A stretch of DNA of 63,987 nt, filler included, from Trichomonas gallinae (GCA_008369845.1; 4 parts of 4 records of this genome joined end to end with filler, not necessarily neighbours in it); one strand, 5' to 3'; numbered from the whole stretch's first letter, positions 21,315 through 32,998 are shown. Notes: generated by a model from the sequence alone, not told the origin. Numbers and translations are program-made.

Positions 21315-21872
21315 TTACATGATAAATCAACTTTGTTCTTAAAATAAAATACTAATATCATATTAATGTCTGCTTTTATATACCTAACGGAAAAAAGTTC
21401 AGCAGGATTTTTATTCTCGTGTTATGATTAGATTTAGGCATAAATAATCTCATAAAACATATTTTTAGAACCACATGATCTAAATCGCCTAAAAATATTT
21501 CATCAAAATAAATTTTTAAAATTATGTTAAATGAAATATGTTGTAAAATAACTATTATGATATTATTTCGTATTAATCAGGTAAAAGTATATCTTATGCA
21601 TTAAAATAAATTTGATGAAATAAAATGTTAAAATTATCTTAAATGAAATGATACCTTAAATAGATAACCTGATATTATTTTATAGTAAGCAAATAAAAGT
21701 ATATATTATCGAATAAAATACAAAAATTGAAATTGAATATTGATGAATATTGCATAAAATTGAAATTTTCTAACTAATGGACTGTTATATTCAGAGTTAT
21801 GCAAAAAAATTAAAAAGTTACGGGCGTGGAAAATTAAAATTTTTAAACGGCTATTTTTGGAATTTCTCGAGA

Positions 21873-24800
21873 ATGAGTTTAGCTGGGATGGGAACAATCC
21901 TGTCTACGAGCTCAGGAGAGAGTCCAATCAACGAGGATGATATTATTTCGATGTTATCTGACCAGGGAAATTCTTCATCAAAATCATCAGCGATTTCATC
22001 AACACACGATCGACATAAAAAAGCAAAATCCAAGAAAAAACAAAACTCTGAGCTAAATTCGGAAGATGATTCAGAATACGAAAGATTAACGAAAAAACCA
22101 ACAAAAGCGAAACGAAGGAGTAGCGCAGCCATGAAATCTAGCTTCCAAATTAATGATAGCGATGTTCTTTCGTTTGAACAATCTCAATCTTCAAATTTAG
22201 ATTCTACAGATCCGGCAGCCAGCCTTAATTTACGCTCTGCGAGTTCTTTAATTAAAACTCTTGGAAAATTTATGGACTATGATGATGAATCTGGTTCTCC
22301 ATCACATGAATATACTCCTTCACCAAATAATTCTTCGAATTCGAAAGGAAAACTTAGTTTAATTGAGCAAGCGCGAAGAAGTGGACTATTAAATGAACCA
22401 CATAGAGATAAAGTCAGTTTTGATTCAACATCATCAAAATCAAAAAGTTCTTCAACGCCACCTGATCAAAAATCCATTAAAAATGACTCTCCTAATACTT
22501 CAAAAGGCTCAATGAACTCATCAAATAGTTTTGGCCTAACTCCTCATAATAAGAATTCATCAGTTATCTTCGATGACTCGTTTATACAGGATAAATCTGC
22601 TATTAAGAAGCCTAGTGAATTAGATAACGATGAAAATTCAAATTTGTCGTCAAAAGAAGAAACCTTTACAGATTCTTTTGATTCTTCGTTCATTCAATCA
22701 CCAAGAAATGCTGAGAAAGAAGATAATTTAGATCCACTACAAGATGCATCTGAAATTAAAAGGTCTCCACAAGAAAATAAGAAAAAAGCAGAAGAAGATT
22801 CTTTTAATTCAAGTTTTCTTTCAATTCCTGAACAACCAAACCTAAATCAACACCTTGAAAGCAATGTTCAGAGTTTTATTTCATCATTCAATGATGATAG
22901 TGACGAAAAACCAGCCGTTCCTGCTTTAAATCTAAATCAAAATAAAAATAGTCCCGAATCATCTGGTTGTAAAAAGTCAAAGAATTCATTCAACGAAACT
23001 AATGAATCAAAACAATCAAAGTTCAGCAAAAATACTTCATTTAGTGAAGATTTCGCCAGTTCTATTTCCAAGAAATCATCAGCAAAACAAAACTCATTCG
23101 ATGACGATTTTACCTCAAGTAATAAATCAAATAAATCTGATGAGAATAAAAAGTCACAAAAGAAAACAGATTCATTCGAAGATGATTTTAATTCAAGTAT
23201 TAAATCAAGTAAATCAGGAAAGCAAGAAAATTCTTTCGATGATGATTTTAAATCATGTAAAAAATCATCAGTTAAACAACAATCATCATCTGTTAAACAA
23301 GATTCATTTGATGATGATTTTGAATCAACATCAAAATCATTTAAAAAGACACCAATAAGGCAAAGTTCTTTAGCTCCAAAATCATCTAAAAAATCACAAA
23401 AGAATGAAGATCCATTGGATGATAGTTTCATTAGTGTTCAATCAAATACAACACCAAATAAAACAAAAATACAAACTAATGAATCATTTGAAGACAGTTT
23501 TCTTAGCGTAGAATCTAGTAAAACACCAAATAAAACAAAAACACCGAAAAAAGAAGATTCATTTGAAGATAGTTTTATTTCCATCCATTCTAGTAAAACA
23601 CCGAATACAACTCAACAGAATTCTTTTGATGATGATTTTGAGTCATCAAAGTCTAAAAAGCATGAAAATTCGTCTGATTCATCTAAATCTAGCAAAAAAT
23701 CTAAAACTAATTCATTCGACGATGATTTTGAAAGTACAAAATCAAAACAACAAAGCGACAAAAATTCATTTGACGATGATTTCGAATCCAGCAAAAAATC
23801 TCTCCCTAAACAAGCAGAAAATTCATTTGATGACAGTTTCATTAGCATAGAATCAAGTAAAACTCCAAGCAAAGCAAAACCAGAAAAGAAAGAAGATTCT
23901 TTCGAAGATAGTTTCATATCATTACAATCAAGTAAAACTCCAAATAAAGCTAAAACTCAAAAGAAAGAAGATTCATTAGACGACAGTTTTATTTCAATGC
24001 AATCAAATAAAACAGAACAAAATTCTTTCGATGATGATTTTGAATCATCTAAAATTCAGTCTTCAAAATCACAAAATGAAAATTCTTTCGATGAATCATT
24101 TATTAGTGCAAAAACAAAGGATTCTTTGGATGATTCATTCATTTCTGTTGCATCAGATAAATCAAAAGAAGAAAAGAAAGAAAACTCATTTGAATCCAGT
24201 TTTATTTCCGACAACCAAAAGAATACTTTCGAATCAAGTTTTATATCAGATGCATCTAAAAAATCCAAATCAAAAGTAAGCTTCACAAAGAAATCATCAT
24301 CAGGATCTTTCGAAAAAGCTGGAGAATCAAGTACATTTATAACAGAATCGAGTAATGATGGAAGTGATTTTGTTTCTACAATAAAATCTGAGAAGAAGAC
24401 TGATTCCGATTTAATTTCAACAATTAAATCAGAAGATGATTTTGTATCTACAGTAAAATCAGAGAAAAAGTCATCAAATGGTGAGAGCGATTTTGTTTCT
24501 ACAATAAAATCAGAAGATGATGATTTTGTTTCAACAGTTAAATCAGAAAAGAAGAAATCATCAACAGGTGAAAGTGATTTTATATCCACAATAAAATCAG
24601 AAAAAACTCAGGATAACTCTGAAGATTTTGAGTCATTAATTAAATCGGAAGATAATACAGACATGTTTAATGATTTAAGTGTTATTTCTCAGCCAACTGA
24701 TTCTTCTAAATCAGATCCAACGACAGACAGTGGTGATTTTATTTCCACTATAAAGTCAGAGAAAAATTCCGATGAAAATGATTTTGTATCAACAATAAAA

Positions 24801-26786
24801 TCAGAGAAAAAGTCATCAACAGGTGAAGATGATTTCATCTCAACTATTAAATCCGAAAAACAAACTGATGATGATGGAGGTGTTGATTTTATTTCAACAA
24901 TTAAAAGTGAGAAGAAATCGTCAACCGTTGAATCAGATTTTATTTCTACAATCAAATCAGAGAAGAAATCTGATGATGATTTTGTTTCTACAATTAAATC
25001 AGAGGAAAATTCAGATGATGAAGGTGTTGATTTTATTTCTACTATCAAAAGTGAGAAGAAGTCAACTGATGATGAAAGTGATTTTATTTCTACAATAAAA
25101 TCCGAGAAGAAATCATCAACAGGTGAAGATGATTTTATTTCTACAATTAAATCTGAAAAACAATCAGATGATGATGAAGGTGTTGACTTCGTCTCAACAA
25201 TCAAAAGTGAGAAACAAAGTGATGAAGATGATGATTTTATATCAACAATCAAATCTGAAAAACAATCAGAAAATGATGATGATTCTATTTCAACAATAAA
25301 AAGCGAAAAAAAATCTGACGATGATGAAGGTGTTGATTTCATTTCAACAATAAAATCAGAAAAAACAAAAACCGCGGATGATGGTGATTTTATTTCAACA
25401 ATTAAATCAGACAAGCAAAGTACTGATGATGATGAAGGAGTTGATTTTGTATCAACAATCAAGAGTGAAAAGTCTAAGACAACATCAGATTTTATTTCAA
25501 CAATTAAATCTGAAAAGAAATCAGAATCATATGATGATGGTGTTGATTTTGTTTCAACGATTAAATCTGAGAAGCAAACAGAAGATGATGATGACTTTAT
25601 TTCTACTATAAAATCGGAGAAACAATCAGAAGATGATGATTTTATTTCGACAATTAAATCAACTCAAAAAACAGAAGTTGATGAATCAAGTTTCATAAGT
25701 GAATTTGTTTCTTCTCAGGTCCAAAATAATGAAAGTTCTGAGTTTATATCAACAATCAAAAGCGATAAAAAAGAAAGTGATGATTTTATATCAACAATTA
25801 GATCTGAGAAAGAAACATCAGAAGAATTTATTTCTACAATTAAAAGTGATGAAAAATCGAACAAGAAATCTGATGAAAGCTCATTCATATCAACAATAAA
25901 AAGCGAAGAAAAATCAGATGATTTTATTTCAACAATCAAATCAGAGAATATGTCATCAACAGGTGAAAGTGACTTCATTTCAACAATTAAATCAGAGAAG
26001 AGATCAGAAGAAGAAAGCTCATTCATTTCTTCTGTGAAAAGTGATGAAAAAATAACTCCAAAAAGGAAGAAAGAAGTCAGCTTTGTTTCATCATCACCCA
26101 AAACTTCTCCATCAGATAGTTTCATTTCAACACAGAAGTCAGTTAAGTCCAATGGAACGTTTGAGTCTACTTTCAAATCATCCAAGAAATCCAATGAATT
26201 TGAAAGCGACTTCACCTCTATCACAGGAAAATCGAAGAAATACAATGATTTTGAAAGCGATTTTAGATCAGTTACTGCAAAATCTAAGAAGTCAAATGAT
26301 TTCGAAAGTGATTTTGCGTCTGTTACATCTAAATCCAAGAAATCAAACGAAACATTCGATGATGACTTTGAATCAACATTTAAATCCAAGCAAACAGCAG
26401 ATGATTTAATATTAAGTCCACAGAAAACTCCACCATCATCAAGAAGACATAAACACAGATCGTCAGCATCATCGACACCAGTCAAAAAAGATGAGGAAAT
26501 TCAAGCGAAAATGGAAACACCAAAGAAGAAAAAACACCATAGACCAAAGATTCCTCAAGTGGTTTTCACTCCTCCTCCAGCAATAAGACAAAGAGAAAGG
26601 CTTTTACCATTACCAAGGCCAACATTGGCTATGACTCCTCAAAAAGAGATGAAAAACAATTACGTTGATTTCATACAAGAGCAGAAAAGAAGATTAAAAG
26701 AAATCTCAGATGCAGTTCAATCATCGAGACAACTTAGAGCAATGCGTGAATCCAAAGTCACGCACATCAATTATGAAACATTGTAA
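21873..26786 (+). CDS. Large Ser/Asp/Lys-rich low-complexity repeat protein (about 1640 aa)
   Basis: 4.9 kb uninterrupted ORF with arrays of SFDDDFESSK, DSFEDSFIS..SSKTP and DFISTIKSEKK, then a short helical C-terminus. Start placed at ATG 21873, downstream of an M3-like AACGGCTA at 21846-21853. Confidence 0.85.
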   Translation: MSLAGMGTILSTSSGESPINEDDIISMLSDQGNSSSKSSAISSTHDRHKKAKSKKKQNSELNSEDDSEYERLTKKPTKAKRRSSAAMKSSFQINDSDVLSFEQSQSSNLDSTDPAASLNLRSASSLIKTLGKFMDYDDESGSPSHEYTPSPNNSSNSKGKLSLIEQARRSGLLNEPHRDKVSFDSTSSKSKSSSTPPDQKSIKNDSPNTSKGSMNSSNSFGLTPHNKNSSVIFDDSFIQDKSAIKKPSELDNDENSNLSSKEETFTDSFDSSFIQSPRNAEKEDNLDPLQDASEIKRSPQENKKKAEEDSFNSSFLSIPEQPNLNQHLESNVQSFISSFNDDSDEKPAVPALNLNQNKNSPESSGCKKSKNSFNETNESKQSKFSKNTSFSEDFASSISKKSSAKQNSFDDDFTSSNKSNKSDENKKSQKKTDSFEDDFNSSIKSSKSGKQENSFDDDFKSCKKSSVKQQSSSVKQDSFDDDFESTSKSFKKTPIRQSSLAPKSSKKSQKNEDPLDDSFISVQSNTTPNKTKIQTNESFEDSFLSVESSKTPNKTKTPKKEDSFEDSFISIHSSKTPNTTQQNSFDDDFESSKSKKHENSSDSSKSSKKSKTNSFDDDFESTKSKQQSDKNSFDDDFESSKKSLPKQAENSFDDSFISIESSKTPSKAKPEKKEDSFEDSFISLQSSKTPNKAKTQKKEDSLDDSFISMQSNKTEQNSFDDDFESSKIQSSKSQNENSFDESFISAKTKDSLDDSFISVASDKSKEEKKENSFESSFISDNQKNTFESSFISDASKKSKSKVSFTKKSSSGSFEKAGESSTFITESSNDGSDFVSTIKSEKKTDSDLISTIKSEDDFVSTVKSEKKSSNGESDFVSTIKSEDDDFVSTVKSEKKKSSTGESDFISTIKSEKTQDNSEDFESLIKSEDNTDMFNDLSVISQPTDSSKSDPTTDSGDFISTIKSEKNSDENDFVSTIKSEKKSSTGEDDFISTIKSEKQTDDDGGVDFISTIKSEKKSSTVESDFISTIKSEKKSDDDFVSTIKSEENSDDEGVDFISTIKSEKKSTDDESDFISTIKSEKKSSTGEDDFISTIKSEKQSDDDEGVDFVSTIKSEKQSDEDDDFISTIKSEKQSENDDDSISTIKSEKKSDDDEGVDFISTIKSEKTKTADDGDFISTIKSDKQSTDDDEGVDFVSTIKSEKSKTTSDFISTIKSEKKSESYDDGVDFVSTIKSEKQTEDDDDFISTIKSEKQSEDDDFISTIKSTQKTEVDESSFISEFVSSQVQNNESSEFISTIKSDKKESDDFISTIRSEKETSEEFISTIKSDEKSNKKSDESSFISTIKSEEKSDDFISTIKSENMSSTGESDFISTIKSEKRSEEESSFISSVKSDEKITPKRKKEVSFVSSSPKTSPSDSFISTQKSVKSNGTFESTFKSSKKSNEFESDFTSITGKSKKYNDFESDFRSVTAKSKKSNDFESDFASVTSKSKKSNETFDDDFESTFKSKQTADDLILSPQKTPPSSRRHKHRSSASSTPVKKDEEIQAKMETPKKKKHHRPKIPQVVFTPPPAIRQRERLLPLPRPTLAMTPQKEMKNNYVDFIQEQKRRLKEISDAVQSSRQLRAMRESKVTHINYETL

Positions 26787-27023
26787 TATATATGTTTGAA
26801 TTTTTTTCAAATTCTTCCTATAAAAGAATTTGAAATTTTGTTTGTAAATTGTTATATATCAAAAATTTTATTTGTATATAATTATATAGTAGAAAAAATA
26901 ACAATTAATCGATAAAAATGATCTATAGAACTTAATAGAATATTATTTTGAAATATTTTATTAAAAATCTTGAAATTAGTACATTAAATAATCATTTTAT
27001 GATGATTTTATTTGAATAATTGT

Positions 27024-27956
27024 TCACAAAAAGATGAAAACACTAAATGGGAACAATGAAATAAAAGAATTTCCAAAAATCATACCAACTGGTCTGCACG
27101 TTATTAATTCGAATTCATATGAGCATGGGTAATATATATTAAGGTTTGTAAAGAAAACTGTTACATTATCTTCAAAGATTACAGATCCACTGATTTTGGC
27201 ATCTGGAATATAGCAAGAAATCACATTCATTGTGGATCCTTTATAACCATAGAGGACTGTATTGTTTTCTGGAACATTTGTGACTGAACATTTCAATAAA
27301 GTCATATTTGGACCTTGTAAAACATATATTAGACTTCCTAAGACACTTTTCTGAGACATATTTGCAAAATTTGAATACTTTGTCAATCCACCAGAGATAT
27401 AAAAAGAAAAAATACACCAATCTCTAAAAGCATGAACATCATATATATGGAAATAACTCACAGTTGTATTTTTGGATGATTCTAATAGAATTCCTGCGTC
27501 TTTTCTGTAAATTAAGTGTGAAATATTCAAAGATCTAATATAATTCGATGAATTCAAGATATATATGGCACCACAATTGTTTTTTGTGTCATAATTCTTG
27601 CAATTTGATATTGAAATATCACTTAAATAAACAGGAATTTCTTCATTCTTTGAATACTTAATAGATGTATGTGTTCCACCAAATCCTGAACTATATATGG
27701 TACAAATTCTTTGTTGGACAATTGTTTTTTGTCCAATCCAGTGAATTCCAGCAGCATAATTTGAAGATGTGCAACTTTCAAATTTAGCATCAGACACCAA
27801 AGCATTATAGGAAGTAGTATTAAAATATATGCAGCACGCTTTGATATCTTTAAAATAAGAAAAATATATTATTGCATTTTCATCTTCAATGTATTTACTG
27901 GATTTAAGCCCTTCATATGTCACAAATCCATCACTAGAATCAAAGAAATCAGTCAT
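27024..27956 (-). CDS. Hypothetical protein, right-handed beta-helix/Pmp-like trichomonad family with hydrophobic C-terminus
   Basis: 310 aa ORF with CGAIYI, FESCTS, ISISNC and LLKCSV strand-turn motifs, ending FISLFPFSVFIFL. The 5' end may be damaged (out-of-frame ATG at 27996). Confidence 0.6.
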   Translation of the reverse strand: MTDFFDSSDGFVTYEGLKSSKYIEDENAIIYFSYFKDIKACCIYFNTTSYNALVSDAKFESCTSSNYAAGIHWIGQKTIVQQRICTIYSSGFGGTHTSIKYSKNEEIPVYLSDISISNCKNYDTKNNCGAIYILNSSNYIRSLNISHLIYRKDAGILLESSKNTTVSYFHIYDVHAFRDWCIFSFYISGGLTKYSNFANMSQKSVLGSLIYVLQGPNMTLLKCSVTNVPENNTVLYGYKGSTMNVISCYIPDAKISGSVIFEDNVTVFFTNLNIYYPCSYEFELITCRPVGMIFGNSFISLFPFSVFIFL

Positions 27957-28472
27957 CTACATAAGAAAATCAAAGAAAAAATAAATTAAAAATCATTGTA
28001 AATTTGTCACTTTTCTACTACATTTTATAATTTTATTCAAATTTTGAAGTTTTTATGATTTGTGTTATGTATAAAAGTTATATTTTGAATTTAAACAAAA
28101 AAATTAAATCTCGATTATTTTTCCTTCAAAAATTAATCGTTCAAAATAAAATATGTTAGCAATATGATTTATAATCGATTTATTTAAGAATTTGAAAATG
28201 CTGCCACACCCGTAAATTATGAAAATTTCTTCGAAATCATGAAAAGAATGAATTTTTCAATGATTTTTCCCAGCTATATGATTAACCTATTTCTTGGTTA
28301 ACAAATCCATTTATAATAAAAACTCACACAGATTGATTAGATTCTTTTCAATGGTTAAAAACGAAAGCATATAAGAAATATTACGTTTAATGAACAGAAC
28401 ACAATAGCTATAACGACTAATGAATTAGCTGAATGATATGGAAAACAAATAATTCTAATTTTGTCGAATAAG

Positions 28473-28952
28473 TTACCAAGAAAACATATTTTCCTCACTA
28501 AAAAGATCTAATGCGGTATTTGTAGAGAATAAATGGACGATTCTCTCAATGTTTTCCTTGATTTCTGGAGTTGGAGGAGAATTTTCTGCTTGAAGCTGCT
28601 GGTGTTTCTTGGTATTGATATTAGGTGGATGTGTCTTTGATCCATTTTTGATCATTCTTTTTAGTCTCATCCAACGGTTTCTCAACGCATTGTCTGATCT
28701 TTTATCGAAAAATTTGGCAATTTTGTTCCAAGCTGTTCCATATTCTTTTTGTAGCTTGATTAAGAGGTTATCTTCTTCAACAGTCCACTCTGACTCATTT
28801 AAATCCGGGTTAATATAATTATTCCATCTTTCACGGCATTGTCTTGCGTTTCTCGTTTTGAGATGGTTTGCTACCTTTTTCCAGTCATGTGTCCCAAATG
28901 TTTTAACTATCTGAATAAGCTTCTGATCTTCCTCTTCTGTGAACTTTACCAT
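28473..28952 (-). CDS. R2R3 Myb DNA-binding protein
   Basis: KFTEEEDQKL...DWKKVANHLKTRNARQCRERWNNYINP...WTVEEDNLL...YGTAWNKIAKFF..RSDNALRNRW. Confidence 0.95.
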   Translation of the reverse strand: MVKFTEEEDQKLIQIVKTFGTHDWKKVANHLKTRNARQCRERWNNYINPDLNESEWTVEEDNLLIKLQKEYGTAWNKIAKFFDKRSDNALRNRWMRLKRMIKNGSKTHPPNINTKKHQQLQAENSPPTPEIKENIERIVHLFSTNTALDLFSEENMFSW

Positions 28953-30434
28953 TCTAAAATTTTAAATTCGGTGAACAGTTTAATTCAAAGTAAAAATTTT
29001 AATATATTAATCTGTTTATAAATATGAGTAATAAAACAAAGAGAATTTTTGTGATAAATAAATTTTAAAAGATGCATTTAAATAATTTGAAAGAAGTCAT
29101 TTAATAATTTGTGATTTAACACTTCGAATGAAATACGAATCCATAGAAAATGGTACAATAATTAATTTTTTAAATTAATAGCAAAAATTTGTTTTAAATG
29201 GGTAAAATTTTAAAACAGGGAATGGAGAAAATATATTGTAGATTAGAAAAAACAAGGAAAAGTTGTAATTGCTGAGTTAGAGAAAAAGTAAAAAAAAATA
29301 ATTAAATTGATAATACCTTTGAATAAAAATTTTCGAAAGTAGAGATATTCTTATAATAATTCAAAATCAAAGCAAATCAAATAGCAATTATTTTTCATAG
29401 GGATTCAATATGAATAAATATAAAATGATAATGAATTACCCTAACATGGAGCATATTAGAAGATTATAGTGATCAATCTCCAGTAGTATTCAATTTTTTA
29501 TATTTATTCAAAATCATGTAGACTTAAAATATATATATAAATGCAAGCCAAATGCATATAATATTCACTTTTTTCTTTCAAAATTGATAAAACTGATTGT
29601 TGGGTTAAACTTTATTATCATTTGTACATTCACTTTAATTTTATTAAAAATTTTAATTCAAATATTTGTATGATCTCGAAGAAACACTTCCATTCTTTAA
29701 AATATAAAGATATGCTACCAATAGAAGCAATATAAAACATTCGATGTTTCGTGGCCAAAAATGTTAAATTCAGTATTAACACATGATATTATAACTATCT
29801 TTCGATTAAAAATCAAATTTCATTTTTGGTCAATTCAAATTTTTATATAAAAATTTAAATTGCACACTTTTCTATTGAATTGTATCAAATTTTGAAAGAT
29901 CATTCAAAATTATTTTTACATATTCGAAATATAATACTTTAACAAAATAATATCTTATTTTTTCAAAAAATGATTTTCTTCTCAAAAGATTCTGGATTGA
30001 TACATTGTATATTCGTCATTAGTTACATATTACGAAAAATAAATTTTTAAATCTTTTGTAATAATTAACCCAATTTACATGACATAAAAATTTTTTTACA
30101 CGTCATCACTAAGAATTACTTCTGCCAGTCCGTCCACATATTTCTATAAATGCGATGAACAGGTCAAATACTATAACCCAACCATAAATGATATTACAAA
30201 TTATTCAAAATTGGAAGCAAGCGAATATCAATGATGAATATGACATATACAGACGTTTTAACAGATATATTGCAATATAAACACCTTCCAATTTTAAACA
30301 ATAAAAATTGTGAATTACCAATCGCTATTTTTAAATATTATATGGGATAATTCGTGTAAATAACTGATATCTGAAACAGAATACAAAGGATATAGCTGAT
30401 TTTGTCAAATTATAAAATTTCATCCATAAGAAAA

Positions 30435-30795
30435 TTGATTTCTGTTCATTTTATTATTATGCATAAGTTTATATTGTTTAATATAATTTGATAATAATAT
30501 GTTTTATGTTATAATAACATATTTTAATATAAAAATATTTTAACAAAAAATAAACTTCATTTTCTTCGTATTTTATCAGATTATATAAGTTTAAATCGGT
30601 AATTTCATTATAAAATTAGCGTGATTCTTTGTATAATAACATATTTTGAATGAAAAATATTTTATCAAATAATAAAAATCATTTTATGCTCATTTTATTA
30701 TATTACATAAGTTTATATCGTTTATTACTTTATGATAATAACGTGATTTTTGTTAGAATATCATATTTTAGACAAAATATTTATTAAAATAATAA
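30435..30795. repeat. Degenerate tandem repeat, about 122 bp x 3
   Basis: Marker YATAAGTTTAWAT at 30462, 30584 and 30706; ATAWCATATTTT recurs at the same 122 bp spacing. Confidence 0.75.
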
Positions 30796-30861
30796 AATTG
30801 CATAATTGAGGCTTTTACATATCTTACATTAAAATTACAACGTATAACAAATATTAATCAA

Positions 30862-32214
30862 CTAAAATATCTGATCATTATTTTTCATCATGCTATCAAG
30901 TTTCCTCTGAAGCTCTGCGCGTGCTCTTTCAGTCTGCTGGTACTTCTCTGTGTACATTTTAACGATGCTCTTCATTGTATCTGGTCTCTTCTTAAGTTCA
31001 CCGATTTCGACGCTTAAATCGTAATTCTGTTGCTTTAATATATCTAGATCCTGTTGCAGCTTTTCATTCTGCTGAGTAAGTTGATCAATTGTTGTTTGTT
31101 TGCTTTCAAGAATTTCTTTATTGCAAAAAACTCTTTCTGCTTCAAGTTGCTTCAAACGCTTAAGGTCGGATTGTATTTTATCGTCATTCGGTCTATTTCT
31201 GTTGAGTTGTTCGTAATAATTCAGTTTATCTCGCATATTTTCAATAACTTTCTCCAATGTTTCGATTCTTCCTTCGTAATCTTCTTCAAAATCATCTTTA
31301 TCGGCCATTTCGTTGAGCTGATTCTCTAGAACTGTTATTCTCGACTTTAAGTTTGCATTTTCGGACTGAAGCGAAACGTTTTTCGTGGATAAATCGATGA
31401 TTTTGGCTGTGTTGTTCTCCTCAGACTTACTTGGCTTAGGAGTAATCTTTAATTTCGTCATTTCTTGGGTCAATTCTTGATTTTTGATCAAAAGCTGGTT
31501 CTTTTCGTTCTCCACTTGATCTAATTGAGACTGCATGATTCTCATTTGTGTGCTGTACATTTGCATTTGGTTATTCATTTGTTCTACCTTTGTATTCAAT
31601 TCTTTATTCTTCAATAAAGCTTCTTCGAAGTGTTTCTTGATTACGGAGACTTGAGTTTTGTATTCAGTATCCGATTCCTTTTTCTTTTCTGTTATATCTT
31701 CAATCTGTTCCTGTAATTCCATTTTTTCGCGAATTAATGAGGTGATTTGATCTCTAAGTTGGGTAATATTCTCATTTTCTGTTTCTTCTTCTCCAGAGTT
31801 GCGTTCTTCTATGGAAGATAAATGTTCTTTCAGTTCTTTATTTTCGATTTCGAGAGAAGAATTTCTTTCGATTGTTATTCTCTGATTTTTAGCCATTTGA
31901 TGAATAATTTGCTCATATTTCTTGGAAATTGACTCGCATTCGCTGTGTAGCTCGATAACTTCTTGCGCGCTATTCGTTAACTTTCTGTAGAGGTTCCCAA
32001 TTTCGCCCTCGAGCTTGCTAACTTTCCTTTTCTCTGTAACATAAAGAGTAACGTATTTTTTCGCTTCCCTGACATATTCTATTGCCTCTTCCAGCTCAGA
32101 AAGCTCTTCTTCCTCATTTGTTGGGTTGGCAGAAGACTTAGCGCCGACTCTGGCAATTTCCTCGTACTTTTGAGAATCAGAGAGAATCAGAGAACGAGCT
32201 CTCGTACGATTCAT
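30862..32214 (-). CDS. Coiled-coil protein of unknown function
   Basis: 450 aa ORF, E/K/Q/L-rich heptads throughout. Confidence 0.85.
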   Translation of the reverse strand: MNRTRARSLILSDSQKYEEIARVGAKSSANPTNEEEELSELEEAIEYVREAKKYVTLYVTEKRKVSKLEGEIGNLYRKLTNSAQEVIELHSECESISKKYEQIIHQMAKNQRITIERNSSLEIENKELKEHLSSIEERNSGEEETENENITQLRDQITSLIREKMELQEQIEDITEKKKESDTEYKTQVSVIKKHFEEALLKNKELNTKVEQMNNQMQMYSTQMRIMQSQLDQVENEKNQLLIKNQELTQEMTKLKITPKPSKSEENNTAKIIDLSTKNVSLQSENANLKSRITVLENQLNEMADKDDFEEDYEGRIETLEKVIENMRDKLNYYEQLNRNRPNDDKIQSDLKRLKQLEAERVFCNKEILESKQTTIDQLTQQNEKLQQDLDILKQQNYDLSVEIGELKKRPDTMKSIVKMYTEKYQQTERARAELQRKLDSMMKNNDQIF

Positions 32215-32393
32215 TTTTTCTTGCCACTTTTTGGCTTATTTTGGGGTCTGGCTAAATTAGTCAGGGGGTTGTTATTGTTATTTTATTTCGCTTATTTCAT
32301 TAATGAAGAAAAAGAAAACATAATTTTCTCATCCGTTGCATTTTTACAACTGTAGAATCGACTCATATATATATCTTTAGGCAAAAATTGATA

Positions 32394-32556
32394 TTACATG
32401 ACAAATTTAACATTAATTGAATTATTTACATGTCATAATATTTTTTACACGGCAAATCTTATTTTGACGAAATTATTTACTTGTCAAACATCTATTTTAC
32501 ATGGCGAATTATTTATAATTGAATTATTTATTTGTCATTTTTGAATTTACGTGACA
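32394..32556. repeat. About 51 bp x 3.3 degenerate tandem repeat carrying TTACRYGNCA-like motifs
   Basis: Motif A at 32394, 32445, 32497 and 32547; motif B (ATTATTTAYWTGTCA, core TTA starting at 32426, 32477, 32528). Confidence 0.7.
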
Positions 32557-32998
32557 AAATCATGATTTTGGTAAATTTTTCGAATATTTATTATAATTTA
32601 TTCTTTTTTTTATTCAGTAAAATATTTCAAATGATTTTCAAAAAATCAAAATATAGAATATGCTTATACAATTTCTTTGTATTCTAAATTTAGATGAAAA
32701 AATCGAAAATATTTATTCTTTTATTGATTTTTAATTTAATTTTCGCTCAATATTTGTTATTATATGAATTAAATATAAAAAATATAATTTATATCTAGAA
32801 TGGTATAACTTGTGAATAACTAAATTACTTGTTTATTTACTTCTTAAATAAATCCAAATCGAAACAACCATTCAATGCTAAGAAGTTATCCTTATCTTTA
32901 AGGGCTAATACCTATAGGATGATAAATGCACAATTATGGTATTCGTGATGAATTAAAACAATAAAAATACAAATAATTTATTAAAATAACAAATAGTC

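Noticed and set aside
24360..26050. Regularly spaced near-identical DNA units resembling a CRISPR array
   Set aside because: Units are in-frame codons with third-position variation in a eukaryotic CDS; no cas genes.
22937..26485. Long antisense ORFs (up to 257 aa) and alternate-frame ORFs inside the Ser/Asp/Lys repeat gene
   Set aside because: Shadow frames produced by repetitive codon usage.
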